From Candidatus Saccharimonadota bacterium (GTDB lineage: Bacteria; Patescibacteriota; Gracilibacteria; UBA1369; 2-02-FULL-48-14), in contig JBAZVE010000001.1 of the NCBI GenBank assembly GCA_041661045.1, forward strand, positions 870,001 through 902,000: a stretch of 32,000 nucleotides of DNA, given 5' to 3'. Position numbers and translations under genes: made by a program. Below, piece after piece: positions 8,672 through 16,350 of the stretch. The notes below the pieces were generated by a model. It did not search any database, was not told the DNA's origin, and saw nothing but the letters and a program-made list of their open reading frames with translations. Numbering within the stretch: the stretch's first letter is position 1; each line of letters begins with the position of its first letter.

Positions 8672-10812
8672 GCTTCGAGTTTAGATCGTTTGAGTAAAAC
8701 AGCGTTAATAGCCACAATGACTGTGCTGAGGGACATAAAGATCGCTGCCAAAGCGGGTTGCATTAGAATTCCGTAAGAAGCTAAAACCCCGGCCCCAAGT
8801 GGAAGGGCAACTGCATTGTATCCGGTAGCCCAGAAAAGATTTTGAATCATCTTTTTATAAGTCAGCCGTGAGAGTCGAATGATTTTCATAATATCTCTTG
8901 GGTCATTTCGTACCAAGATAATTCCTGCGGATTCGATGGCCACATTGGTTCCTGCTCCTATAGCGATTCCCAAATCTGCTTGCGTGAGGGCGGGAGCATC
9001 GTTGATGCCGTCTCCGACCATAGCAACCTTTGATCCTCTTTCTTGCAAGAGTTTTACTTTCGCCGCTTTTTGATCCGGAAGCACATTGCCAAAGTATTCA
9101 TCGATTCCAAGTTCCGTTGCGACCCACTTTGCTACTTCATCGTTGTCACCGGTGATCATGGCCACTTTAAGTCCGTTTTCTTTCAACTCTTTAATGGCCT
9201 GACGTGATTCTTCGCGAATAAGGTCTCCGAGGGCAAGAGCACCCAAGGCTTTCTTTTCCCTGAGCACGAAAATGATTGTTTTACCCTTTTTATTTTCAGC
9301 TTCAATTTCTTTTTGGATCTCAGTTGGAAGTCTTATCCCTTTTTCTTCAAGGAGACTCATACTACCGATGGCGACTTCTTTGCCTTCTAAAAAGGCCTTA
9401 ACTCCTTTACCGGGGATTCTTCCGAAATCTTTTACCTCTTTTATAGGAAGATTCTTTTGTTTGGCACTCTCCACTATTGCTCGCGCAATGAAATGCTCGG
9501 AATGAGCGTCTACTGAAGCTGCCAGACTTAAGACTTCACTTTCGTCTTTGGCTTCCAGCGACCAGATTTTATCTACGCCGTATTCTCCTTTTGTGAGAGT
9601 TCCTGTCTTATCAAAAAGAACCGTATTCACCTCACGAGCTACTTCTAAAGCAAGTCTTTGTTTAATCAAAAGACCATTTCGCGCTGCCATTGTTGTAGAG
9701 ATAGAGGCAACTAAAGGAACTGCCAAACCGAGGGCATGAGGACAGGCAATAACGAGAACAGCAACTAAACGTTCGGTTGCGAAAACAAGTCCTGCCCCAG
9801 CAAGTAGCCATGCAACAAAAGTAATCCCACCAACGCTAATGGCGATGAGGGTTAAATAGAATGCTGCTCGATCTGAGAGCATTTGGAGCCGTGATTTGGA
9901 TGCCTGAGCTTCGGCAATGAGTCGCTTCACTCCCGCAAGAAAAGTGTTTTCGCCGATTTTAGAAACTTTTATTTTCAGCATTCCATCTTCATTAATGGTT
10001 CCAGCAATCACTTCTTTCCCAACGGTTTTACTAATTGGTTTTGATTCTCCTGTAACCATGGATTCATTCACGTCTGATTTCCCCTCCACCACCAGACCAT
10101 CTGCAGCGATTTTCCCGCCAGGACGAACGACAATAATGTCTCCCACTTTCAGTTCTTCCAATGGAACCATATGGGTTTCATCCCCATGAACTACCTCCGC
10201 TGTATCTGGAAGTAGTTTTGACAACTCTTTCAAAGCTCCTTGTGCCCCCTGAACCGCTCTCATTTCGATCCAATGACCGAGAAGCATAATCGTAATCAGC
10301 GTGGTGAGTTCCCAAAAAAGGGTATGTCCCAGGCCTGCAAAAGTAGCGTAGGCGCTAAAAAGATAAGCTGCCGTGATCGCAATGGAGATGAGCGTCATCA
10401 TGCCGGGCATTCTTGCTCTGACTTCTCTGAAGGCTCCGACTAGAAAAACCCAGCCTCCATAAAAGAACACGATGGAACCTAAAATGAGCCCGATATACTC
10501 AGAACCAGTAAAAGTAGGGGCTGCCCATCCCAAAAGGCGTTCGGGAAGCTCCGAGTAAAGAACCACCGGCACTGTTAACAGAAGACTTACGTAGAATTTT
10601 CGAGCGAAGATATTTACGTTGTGCCCTTCGTGCTTATTAAGTCCATTTTCCATTTCGTGATGTTCATGCTTTTTTACCTCGTGATCGTGCACTGGATTTT
10701 CTTTCCTCTTTGCAGGCAATAAATTCATCCCACACAGAGGGCACATTCCAGGCTTATCTTGCTGGATTTCAGGATGCATTGGACACGTGTAGATGATATT
10801 GTCTTGTGACAT
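8668..10812 (-). CDS. copB: Copper-translocating P1B-type ATPase, CPH subtype (CopB-like) with a His-rich N-terminus
   Basis: 714 aa. Motifs DKTGTLT, TGES, GDGINDAPAL, and the membrane CPH motif (VIACPHALGLAVP). The N-terminus has YTCPMHPEIQQDKPGMCPLCGM, a Cys-rich metal-binding mini-domain, followed by HDHEVKKHEHHEMENGLNKHEGH. Confidence 0.95.
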   Translation of the reverse strand: MSQDNIIYTCPMHPEIQQDKPGMCPLCGMNLLPAKRKENPVHDHEVKKHEHHEMENGLNKHEGHNVNIFARKFYVSLLLTVPVVLYSELPERLLGWAAPTFTGSEYIGLILGSIVFFYGGWVFLVGAFREVRARMPGMMTLISIAITAAYLFSAYATFAGLGHTLFWELTTLITIMLLGHWIEMRAVQGAQGALKELSKLLPDTAEVVHGDETHMVPLEELKVGDIIVVRPGGKIAADGLVVEGKSDVNESMVTGESKPISKTVGKEVIAGTINEDGMLKIKVSKIGENTFLAGVKRLIAEAQASKSRLQMLSDRAAFYLTLIAISVGGITFVAWLLAGAGLVFATERLVAVLVIACPHALGLAVPLVASISTTMAARNGLLIKQRLALEVAREVNTVLFDKTGTLTKGEYGVDKIWSLEAKDESEVLSLAASVDAHSEHFIARAIVESAKQKNLPIKEVKDFGRIPGKGVKAFLEGKEVAIGSMSLLEEKGIRLPTEIQKEIEAENKKGKTIIFVLREKKALGALALGDLIREESRQAIKELKENGLKVAMITGDNDEVAKWVATELGIDEYFGNVLPDQKAAKVKLLQERGSKVAMVGDGINDAPALTQADLGIAIGAGTNVAIESAGIILVRNDPRDIMKIIRLSRLTYKKMIQNLFWATGYNAVALPLGAGVLASYGILMQPALAAIFMSLSTVIVAINAVLLKRSKLEA

Positions 10813-10821
10813 AAATGAGAG

Positions 10822-11094
10822 TTATTTTTTTCTTTGTGCAAGTTTGTAAACTTTTAGTATCTCCGCTACAGCCTTGTCTTCTTTTCCATTTTTCATTTGC
10901 TCGATAACATGAGTGGAGAGGTGGTTTTCTAAGACCAAATCTTCAATGCCAGAGAGTGCTTCTTTAACCGCGCTGGATTGAGTGATTATATTTACGCAGT
11001 AGCTCTCATCCTCAACCATTTTTTGAAGACCACGAATTTGACCCTCAATGATTTTTAGTCTTCGTATGGCTTTGGATTTTATGTCTTTTCTCAT
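10822..11094 (-). CDS. csoR: CsoR/RcnR-family metal-sensing transcriptional repressor
   Basis: 90 aa. RRLKIIEGQIRGLQKMVEDESYCVNIITQSSAVKEALSGIEDLVLENHL is the characteristic DUF156 helix bundle with Cys and His ligand positions. It lies directly upstream of the ATPase. Confidence 0.9.
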   Translation of the reverse strand: MRKDIKSKAIRRLKIIEGQIRGLQKMVEDESYCVNIITQSSAVKEALSGIEDLVLENHLSTHVIEQMKNGKEDKAVAEILKVYKLAQRKK

Positions 11095-11599
11095 ATATAC
11101 TGGAGAATACCCCTTGGGGGTATTTTATGCAACTCTTGCAATCACCGAGTTGCTTATTCAATAGAACTAATGCTGTGAGCATAAAAATCAGGCTAAGTAT
11201 TTTGAAAAATAAGTTGTACGTCGTGAAAAATCCAAGCCCTACACTGAAACCAAAAATGGATATGAGGGGAATCGTACAAAGCGTACAAAATATTGTGAAA
11301 AAACCGGTTAAAAAACCGAAGCCCAGTATTGAACCTGTCTTTGTACTTTTTACTATGGACTTTCTAAGCAAGTAAAGTCTCACTAAACCTGCCAAAATCA
11401 GCGCCGTTAAAACGCTGAGTAGCCCAGAGAAAACGACGTTCTTAATCGTGAGTGAACCTCCTACAACACAGGCTGGGACTTTTCCGACTGCCGGTAGGAT
11501 TTTCATCACTTGGTAATAGCCATAAAAAATGGTCATTGCCAGTGCCAGGGTATAAAGCCATTGGAGGGGTTCTTTATGAATTTTTTGTAGTCCTTTCAT
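11045..11599 (-). CDS. Polytopic membrane protein with CTLC and CKSC motifs, unknown function
   Basis: 184-aa ORF. Its 3' end overlaps the csoR start by 50 nt and contains the operator. Architecture is similar to the ORFs at 2649 and 12463. Confidence 0.65.
   Translation of the reverse strand: MKGLQKIHKEPLQWLYTLALAMTIFYGYYQVMKILPAVGKVPACVVGGSLTIKNVVFSGLLSVLTALILAGLVRLYLLRKSIVKSTKTGSILGFGFLTGFFTIFCTLCTIPLISIFGFSVGLGFFTTYNLFFKILSLIFMLTALVLLNKQLGDCKSCIKYPQGVFSSIYEKRHKIQSHTKTKNH
11107..11123 (-). promoter_or_regulatory. Candidate CsoR operator ATACCCCTTGGGGGTAT
   Basis: Perfect 7-bp inverted repeat (ATACCCC / GGGGTAT) around a 3-nt centre, 13 nt upstream of the csoR ATG. On the coding strand a TAAAAT -10-like hexamer immediately precedes it. 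It belongs to the same GC-rich TACCC...GGGTA class as described CsoR operators (recalled from memory). Confidence 0.6.
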
Positions 11600-12070
11600 T
11601 TATTCAAATTTTACAAGAATATTTTGCTTATCTTTAATGATGATCTGACTCGGGTCGGTGAATGTCTGGCCGTCGACTACAAAACTAATTTTTCCGGGCT
11701 CACCTGTGTTTTCACAGATATCCCCATTTTTGTAGTCTTCCAGGTTTTCACTCGTGATACTAAGCCCTGCGTTTTTGAAAAAGTTCGCCAAAGTAATATC
11801 GGATTCGCTGAGCACAAGGCCTTCTACGTGAACCAGGTTGTCGTCGTGACCATGAATGACGTCGTGATTGCCTGAGTCGCTTAGGTTTAGCGACTTTCCA
11901 CAGGCTTCGTAAGAAATTGGGGCGTGCCAGTGGACTTCGGTGTCGGTTACCGGGTTAGAAACATCTTTCAGACTATTCACGAAGCCAAAAATCATGAGTG
12001 CAATGATAAGCCCAATAGTTCCATACACTAAGATGTCCTGCACCCAGCGATTTTTTAAAAATGTTGACAT
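11600..12070 (-). CDS. N-terminally anchored extracytoplasmic protein with His-rich patches, unknown function
   Basis: 156-aa ORF with one TM (ILVYGTIGLIIALMIFGFV) and a soluble domain containing HWHAP and HDVIHGHDDNLVH. It abuts the next gene with no gap (11599/11600). Confidence 0.7.
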   Translation of the reverse strand: MSTFLKNRWVQDILVYGTIGLIIALMIFGFVNSLKDVSNPVTDTEVHWHAPISYEACGKSLNLSDSGNHDVIHGHDDNLVHVEGLVLSESDITLANFFKNAGLSITSENLEDYKNGDICENTGEPGKISFVVDGQTFTDPSQIIIKDKQNILVKFE

Positions 12071-12080
12071 GAAGTTTAGG

Positions 12081-12470
12081 TTAGATTTTAGAGATTACTC
12101 TGGTGAGGGTTGCTTCAATAGTTTCTGCTAGAGATTTCAGGTTCGGATTATCAACCCTACTCATGGCTACTGAAGGACGAATGGCGCCAACGCGAACCGC
12201 ACCCGTTTCATCCTCGTAAACAATCACGTTACATGGCAAGAAAAGGCCGATCTCCTCTTCCAGTTCCAATGCTTTAAAAGCAGAGGGTGGATGGCATGCT
12301 CCCAAAATCAAGTAAGGGCGCATCTCTTTATCCAGTTTTTCTTTCATTTTAGCTCGGACATCAATTTCTGTGAGTACGCCAAAACCGTCCTCTTTTAAGG
12401 CCAATTTCACTAGTTCAATGGTTTCGTCAAAGGACTTCATGCTGTAGGTCGATATTGAATAGCTAGACAT
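12081..12470 (-). CDS. DUF302-domain protein
   Basis: 129 aa. FGVLTEIDVRAKMKEKLDKEMRPYLILGACHPPSAFKALE...LPCNVIVYE matches the DUF302 pattern. Confidence 0.8.
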   Translation of the reverse strand: MSSYSISTYSMKSFDETIELVKLALKEDGFGVLTEIDVRAKMKEKLDKEMRPYLILGACHPPSAFKALELEEEIGLFLPCNVIVYEDETGAVRVGAIRPSVAMSRVDNPNLKSLAETIEATLTRVISKI

Positions 12471-12885
12471 AAGAAGGATAGGTTAATGATTTTAATGAGA
12501 GCTTTTTATAAACCGCAACACTCATAAGGAATACTCCCAGGAGTCCTAAAAATGGGCGGATGGGTTCCAAGTAAGTGAGTAAGAGACCTGAACCAAAAAG
12601 TAGTAAAAGGAGTTTATTGCAGATTGGACAAGCGAACCCAAGAAACCCGAGCACTCCACCAACGCCTGCTTTCTTGGTCGCACAAACAGGTGCGTTCAAT
12701 CCAAAAAATAAACCCATCAATATGGATTCAAGAATAAGAAATACATAGTCGAGCCAATACACGGGTGTCATTCGTTGAAAAAATGGATTTTCATATACAG
12801 CTGTGACGGCGCCAAAAATCACGAATACTGTAATAGAGATTCCGATTATTTTCAAAATTTCTCTGTTTGAAAATTTGAGGTTCAT
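12463..12885 (-). CDS. Membrane protein with an intramembrane CPIC (CxxC) motif, translationally coupled to DsbA
   Basis: 140-aa ORF with four hydrophobic segments and motifs APVCATKK and GFACPICNKL. Its start overlaps the DsbA stop by 4 nt (12882-12885). Confidence 0.7.
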   Translation of the reverse strand: MNLKFSNREILKIIGISITVFVIFGAVTAVYENPFFQRMTPVYWLDYVFLILESILMGLFFGLNAPVCATKKAGVGGVLGFLGFACPICNKLLLLLFGSGLLLTYLEPIRPFLGLLGVFLMSVAVYKKLSLKSLTYPSYV

Positions 12886-13604
12886 TTTAGAAGTTCATTA
12901 AAGATTTGCTCAAAGGTTTCGTACGGATATGCGCCGATAACGAGCTGCCCATTGATGACAAAACTTGGAGTGCCGTTCATCCCCGCGGCTCTGCCTGCCG
13001 CAGAGTCTTCGGCGATTTCGTCGTAGTATTTTTGTCCTTCCTGGCACTCTTTAAATTGATCAGCATCTAAGCCAAGTTGCTCTGCATAGGTGTACAAACT
13101 CTCTTCCGGGATTTTTACCGTCCCATAGCCCAATTTATTTTCCCCTTCAAAAATAAGGTCATGGTAGGCGAAGTACACTTCATCCCCTCCTTGATCTCTG
13201 GCACATTCCGCTGCATTGGCCGCTGGAGTCGCATCCGTATGACCTAGAGAAGTCAAAGGCATATCCCTGTAGACGAGTTTCACCAAGCCTTTGTCGATAT
13301 AATTTTCTTTGATTAAAGGAAGAGTTTCATTAAAAAAACTTCTACAGAAAGGGCATTGATAATCCGAGAATTCGATCATGGTTATTGGAGCATCCTCTGA
13401 ACCCATAAAAGGATCGTCGTCCGCATCCGTTGGATTCTGCACTTGATTGACCGTTGGTGTGGGACTTGTTGAATCACTTTGGGTAGTGGTGGTTTCCTTG
13501 GCATTTCCCATTTGCTGGCCCAAGAGAATGCCGATTCCCAATATAATCGGGAGGGTTAGGATCGGAAGTATTTTTGAAAAGGATTTCTTAGTTTCTTTCA
13601 TCAT
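12882..13604 (-). CDS. DsbA-family thiol:disulfide oxidoreductase (thioredoxin fold), membrane-anchored or secreted
   Basis: 240 aa with an N-terminal anchor and the active site FSDYQCPFCRSF, plus the typical C-terminal GTPSFVINGQ. Confidence 0.9.
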   Translation of the reverse strand: MMKETKKSFSKILPILTLPIILGIGILLGQQMGNAKETTTTQSDSTSPTPTVNQVQNPTDADDDPFMGSEDAPITMIEFSDYQCPFCRSFFNETLPLIKENYIDKGLVKLVYRDMPLTSLGHTDATPAANAAECARDQGGDEVYFAYHDLIFEGENKLGYGTVKIPEESLYTYAEQLGLDADQFKECQEGQKYYDEIAEDSAAGRAAGMNGTPSFVINGQLVIGAYPYETFEQIFNELLK

Positions 13605-13640
13605 AAAAAGCGTTAAGTTTAAAGGATTGAAGTAAAGACT

Positions 13641-13973
13641 TCACTCCCTTTGAACCACGCCTTTCGAGAAACGAATGAAGGAAGGGACTAGAGGTGGATA
13701 GGTGGAAAATTGCTTCCCGGCTAGTTGGAAAACTAGGATGGTAGTCGCGACAAAGTAGGCAGCTACCCAGAGGAGTAAAGGCTGTGGAGTCAGGTCGTTT
13801 GGTAATATCTTTGTGATGGAGGGACTGTGAATGGTGTCACAGCAAGCTTGTTCGATTGAAGCCGGAGTTTTTGTAGACAGTTGGTGCATTCCTTCCATCG
13901 ACTTCATACACAAAAATGACCCCAACAGGGTGATGAGAAATAGGAATAGGATTTTTTGCGTCAATTTTTTCAC
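13641..13973 (-). CDS. Small membrane protein with a conserved C-terminal KGVVQRE tail; paralog of 8363..8671
   Basis: 110-aa ORF: signal/TM, a CC pair (EQACCDTIH), a second TM, and tail ...FSKGVVQRE. Confidence 0.6.
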   Translation of the reverse strand: MKKLTQKILFLFLITLLGSFLCMKSMEGMHQLSTKTPASIEQACCDTIHSPSITKILPNDLTPQPLLLWVAAYFVATTILVFQLAGKQFSTYPPLVPSFIRFSKGVVQRE

Positions 13974-14009
13974 CCAATTATTCTAAGCCTTTTCCATTTT
14001 AAAGCAATT

Positions 14010-14565
14010 TCAATGGCAACAAAGTTTTCCCTCCTCAATGCTTTCACGTCCTTCTTTAAAACACAGAAAGACGAAAACAAGCCCTGTGACTGCATCTGTC
14101 CACCAAAGACCAAATAGGAAATTGAGTCCTGTTCCAAACAAGAGAGCAAGGGACATGAGCACGCAGACAAAAGTTTGTTTGGAGTCTGCCACCAGGCTTC
14201 GACTCCTCATGGATTTTCCAGTCTTGTATTTGAGGTGGGCCAAGAAAGGCATGATGATTAAAGAAAGCGCGGCAATAATCATACCGAGGAGACTGGGCTC
14301 CGGCCCCTCATGAAGGTAAAGTTTTTTGATGGATTCAAATAGAATATAGGCTCCCAAGACATAGAAACTGTAAACCCACAAACTTGGACGCCTTTCTTTC
14401 GATTTCTTCTTCGTGTTCTTCACTCTTAATTTTTGCACTGAATCTCCAAATTATCACAGTTCCCGATATTGATTCAATGAAGCTGTCAAAGCCGAAGCCG
14501 ACCAGGGCTAGACTTTCCGTTAAAGCTCCTGCCGCAATGGAAACAAGCCCTTCGAGGATATATGA
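14010..14565 (-). pseudogene. Decayed CDF-like short cation transporter: N-terminally truncated and frameshifted
   Basis: The 142-aa track ORF (14010..14438) carries ...YVLGAYILFESIKKLYLHEGPEPSLLGMIIAALSLIIMPFLAHLKYKTGKSMRSRSLVADSKQT.... A different frame upstream (14565 down to about 14375) reads SYILEGLVSIAAGALTESLALVGFGFDSFIESISGTVIIWRFSAKIKSEEHEEEIERKASKFVG, which is the expected N-terminal part of the same family. The frames switch near 14368-14378. The upstream frame opens directly after the TAG at 14566-14568 and has no start codon. Confidence 0.6.
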
Positions 14566-15159
14566 CTAGCGAACCTTCCTCAAGACCATTCCAAACCACC
14601 AAGGGTTTGTATACTGTTTTTTTACCTTAAAGCCAAGGTTTTTGAGTTCTTCGTAAAACTCCTTCCGCTTGTACATTTCTTTATAGGGATGAGCTAAGAA
14701 AAGCCTTAGAATTTTACCGATTCTAGTCTCGAAAGTGTCTATGGAGAGGTCTTCTAGGATGAGTTGTCCGCCTGGCTTCAAAAGTCTATGCAATTCCTTC
14801 AATGCATCTTTCCAATTTGGAATGTGGTGGATGATCCCAAAATCGACAATGGCATCGAAGGACGCATCGGTGAATCTCAAATGACTAGCATCACCTACCT
14901 CAAAGGCAATATGAGGAGCCTTCACGCGACGTTTTGCTCGTCTAATCATTTGAGGGTCAAGGTCGATGGCGTTGATGCTCTTAGGTTTGAAATGTTTTTG
15001 AATCAGCTTTGTGCCGACCCCTTGTCCGCATCCTATCTCTAAAACAGCCTTATCACTTGGTAGATCAGACATGCTTTTGAGTTTTTTTGCTTCAAATCCT
15101 TGAATAAACGCCCTTATAGGGTTATTCATCAGCCAGAACTCGATCTTGTTCATGAGCAT
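14566..15159 (-). CDS. Class I SAM-dependent methyltransferase
   Basis: VLEIGCGQGVG (motif I), AIDLDPQM, FDAIVDFGIIHHI, LKPGGQLILED. I prefer the ATG at 15157-15159 (MLMNKIEF...), 10 nt after the upstream CDF stop, over the track start at 15285, which would overlap that gene by 116 nt. Confidence 0.85.
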   Translation of the reverse strand: MLMNKIEFWLMNNPIRAFIQGFEAKKLKSMSDLPSDKAVLEIGCGQGVGTKLIQKHFKPKSINAIDLDPQMIRRAKRRVKAPHIAFEVGDASHLRFTDASFDAIVDFGIIHHIPNWKDALKELHRLLKPGGQLILEDLSIDTFETRIGKILRLFLAHPYKEMYKRKEFYEELKNLGFKVKKQYTNPWWFGMVLRKVR

Positions 15160-15169
15160 AGCTTTTGGG

Positions 15170-15985
15170 TTATTTGGAGAGCTGCATGATCTTGTAAGAC
15201 CCTCTCGCAACCATAAAGAAGATGAGGGAACCGATGATGAGATCGGGGTAGCTCGACTGTGTATAGTAAACCAATACTGCTGCAAGAATGACCCCTATGT
15301 TTGCGAGCACATCATTAGAGGTGCAAAGCTCGCTTGCCTTGATGTGCACGTCCTTACTCTTGGAGCGTTGGAGTACCACAAGGGAGGTGACGTTTGCAGC
15401 GAGGGCAAAAATAGAGATCAAAATCATGTACGCAAAGAGAGGAGTTTCTTCAAAACCAATGAAGCGTCTAATGACTTCTATGAGTCCGAAACTAGCAAGA
15501 GCGAGCTGAAGGTAAGCAATCAGCTTCACGATACTCTTCTTGGCTACAGTGGCTCTTCCAATGGCATAAAGGCTAAGTCCGTATACAACTGCGTCCGCAA
15601 ACATATCCAGACCATCCGCTACCACGCCCATTGAGTGAATAATGAATCCTGCTGTGACTTCAACGAAGAAGAAGGCGAGGTTGATGCCTAGTACTAACTT
15701 TAGAGTTTTTTCTTCATCCTGATCGATCTCCAATTGAGCTGGGGAAGAGTTTTTTTGTGACTTCAGGAGTTTGGAGTCGAGCCGTAGGCTTTCTAGGGTT
15801 TTCGTTACTTGTTCAATATCGCCCTCGTGGTAAACCTGTACAAGCCTAGCTGAAAGATCTACCTCGATCTGCTTAATACCTTCCAGCGGTTGGAGCTTCA
15901 TTCGTATCATTCTTTCCTCACTGGGGCAGTCCATCTTTGAAACCTTGAATGTGCTTTTCTGCATAGAGTTTAGTAACGGGTACAC
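15170..15985 (-). CDS. Cation diffusion facilitator-like efflux protein with an N-terminal HMA-like domain
   Basis: 271 aa. The N-terminus FKVSKMDCPSEERMIRMKLQPLEGIKQIEVDL is HMA-like. It is followed by six hydrophobic segments carrying the D/H-rich TM2 motif HSMGVVADGLDMFADAVVY. Confidence 0.85.
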   Translation of the reverse strand: MYPLLNSMQKSTFKVSKMDCPSEERMIRMKLQPLEGIKQIEVDLSARLVQVYHEGDIEQVTKTLESLRLDSKLLKSQKNSSPAQLEIDQDEEKTLKLVLGINLAFFFVEVTAGFIIHSMGVVADGLDMFADAVVYGLSLYAIGRATVAKKSIVKLIAYLQLALASFGLIEVIRRFIGFEETPLFAYMILISIFALAANVTSLVVLQRSKSKDVHIKASELCTSNDVLANIGVILAAVLVYYTQSSYPDLIIGSLIFFMVARGSYKIMQLSK

Positions 15986-16284
15986 TTATAAATTTCGTCC
16001 GCGTGTTCCCTTACGATCTTGCGAGCGGACTCAATCATGTCGCGAATTTCCTTTGAAGCAAGCTCGTAAGACACTTCACGACCGATCTTTTCTTTTTGAA
16101 CGAGACCACATTCCAAGAGACAAGCTAAATGAGTAGAAGTGTTCGGCTGGGAAAGCCCTGTGGCTTCTACGATTTGTGAAACGGTCTTGGCTCCTTCCAT
16201 GAGTTCGGTGAGGATGGCTAGGCGGGACTGGTCAGCGAAGCCTTTGAAGAAGCGGGATTCAATTTCAAGTTGTTTCTTATCCAT
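15970..16284 (-). CDS. ArsR/SmtB-family metalloregulator
   Basis: 104 aa. FKGFADQSRLAILTELMEGAKTVSQIVEATGLSQPNTSTHLACLLECGLV is a winged HTH with the LACLLECG metal-site region. It overlaps the CDF start by 16 nt. Confidence 0.9.
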   Translation of the reverse strand: MDKKQLEIESRFFKGFADQSRLAILTELMEGAKTVSQIVEATGLSQPNTSTHLACLLECGLVQKEKIGREVSYELASKEIRDMIESARKIVREHADEIYKCTRY

Positions 16285-16311
16285 AAGGTATCAATACATG
16301 TTTATGTGTTT

Positions 16312-16340
16312 ATATTAAGTAATACGAAGTCTTCAGTCAA
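16312..16340 (-). promoter_or_regulatory. Sigma70-type promoter of the arsR-CDF operon (TTGACT-N17-TAATAT)
   Basis: On the minus strand, -35 TTGACT (16335-16340) and -10 TAATAT (16312-16317) are separated by exactly 17 nt. The -10 lies 27 nt upstream of the arsR ATG at 16284. Confidence 0.55.
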
Positions 16341-16350
16341 GTTTGATATC

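Noticed and set aside
13970-14569. Track ORFs 13970..14170(-), 14038..14313(+) and 14384..14569(+)
   Set aside because: They overlap the CDF-like pseudogene in other frames or on the other strand. The 14384..14569 ORF is antisense to the recognisable N-terminal transporter segment.
16285-16311. Possible ArsR operator around the ACATGT palindrome downstream of the arsR -10 element
   Set aside because: Only a 6-bp palindrome with non-symmetric flanks. It does not resemble the 12-2-12 type ArsR/SmtB operators closely enough to call.
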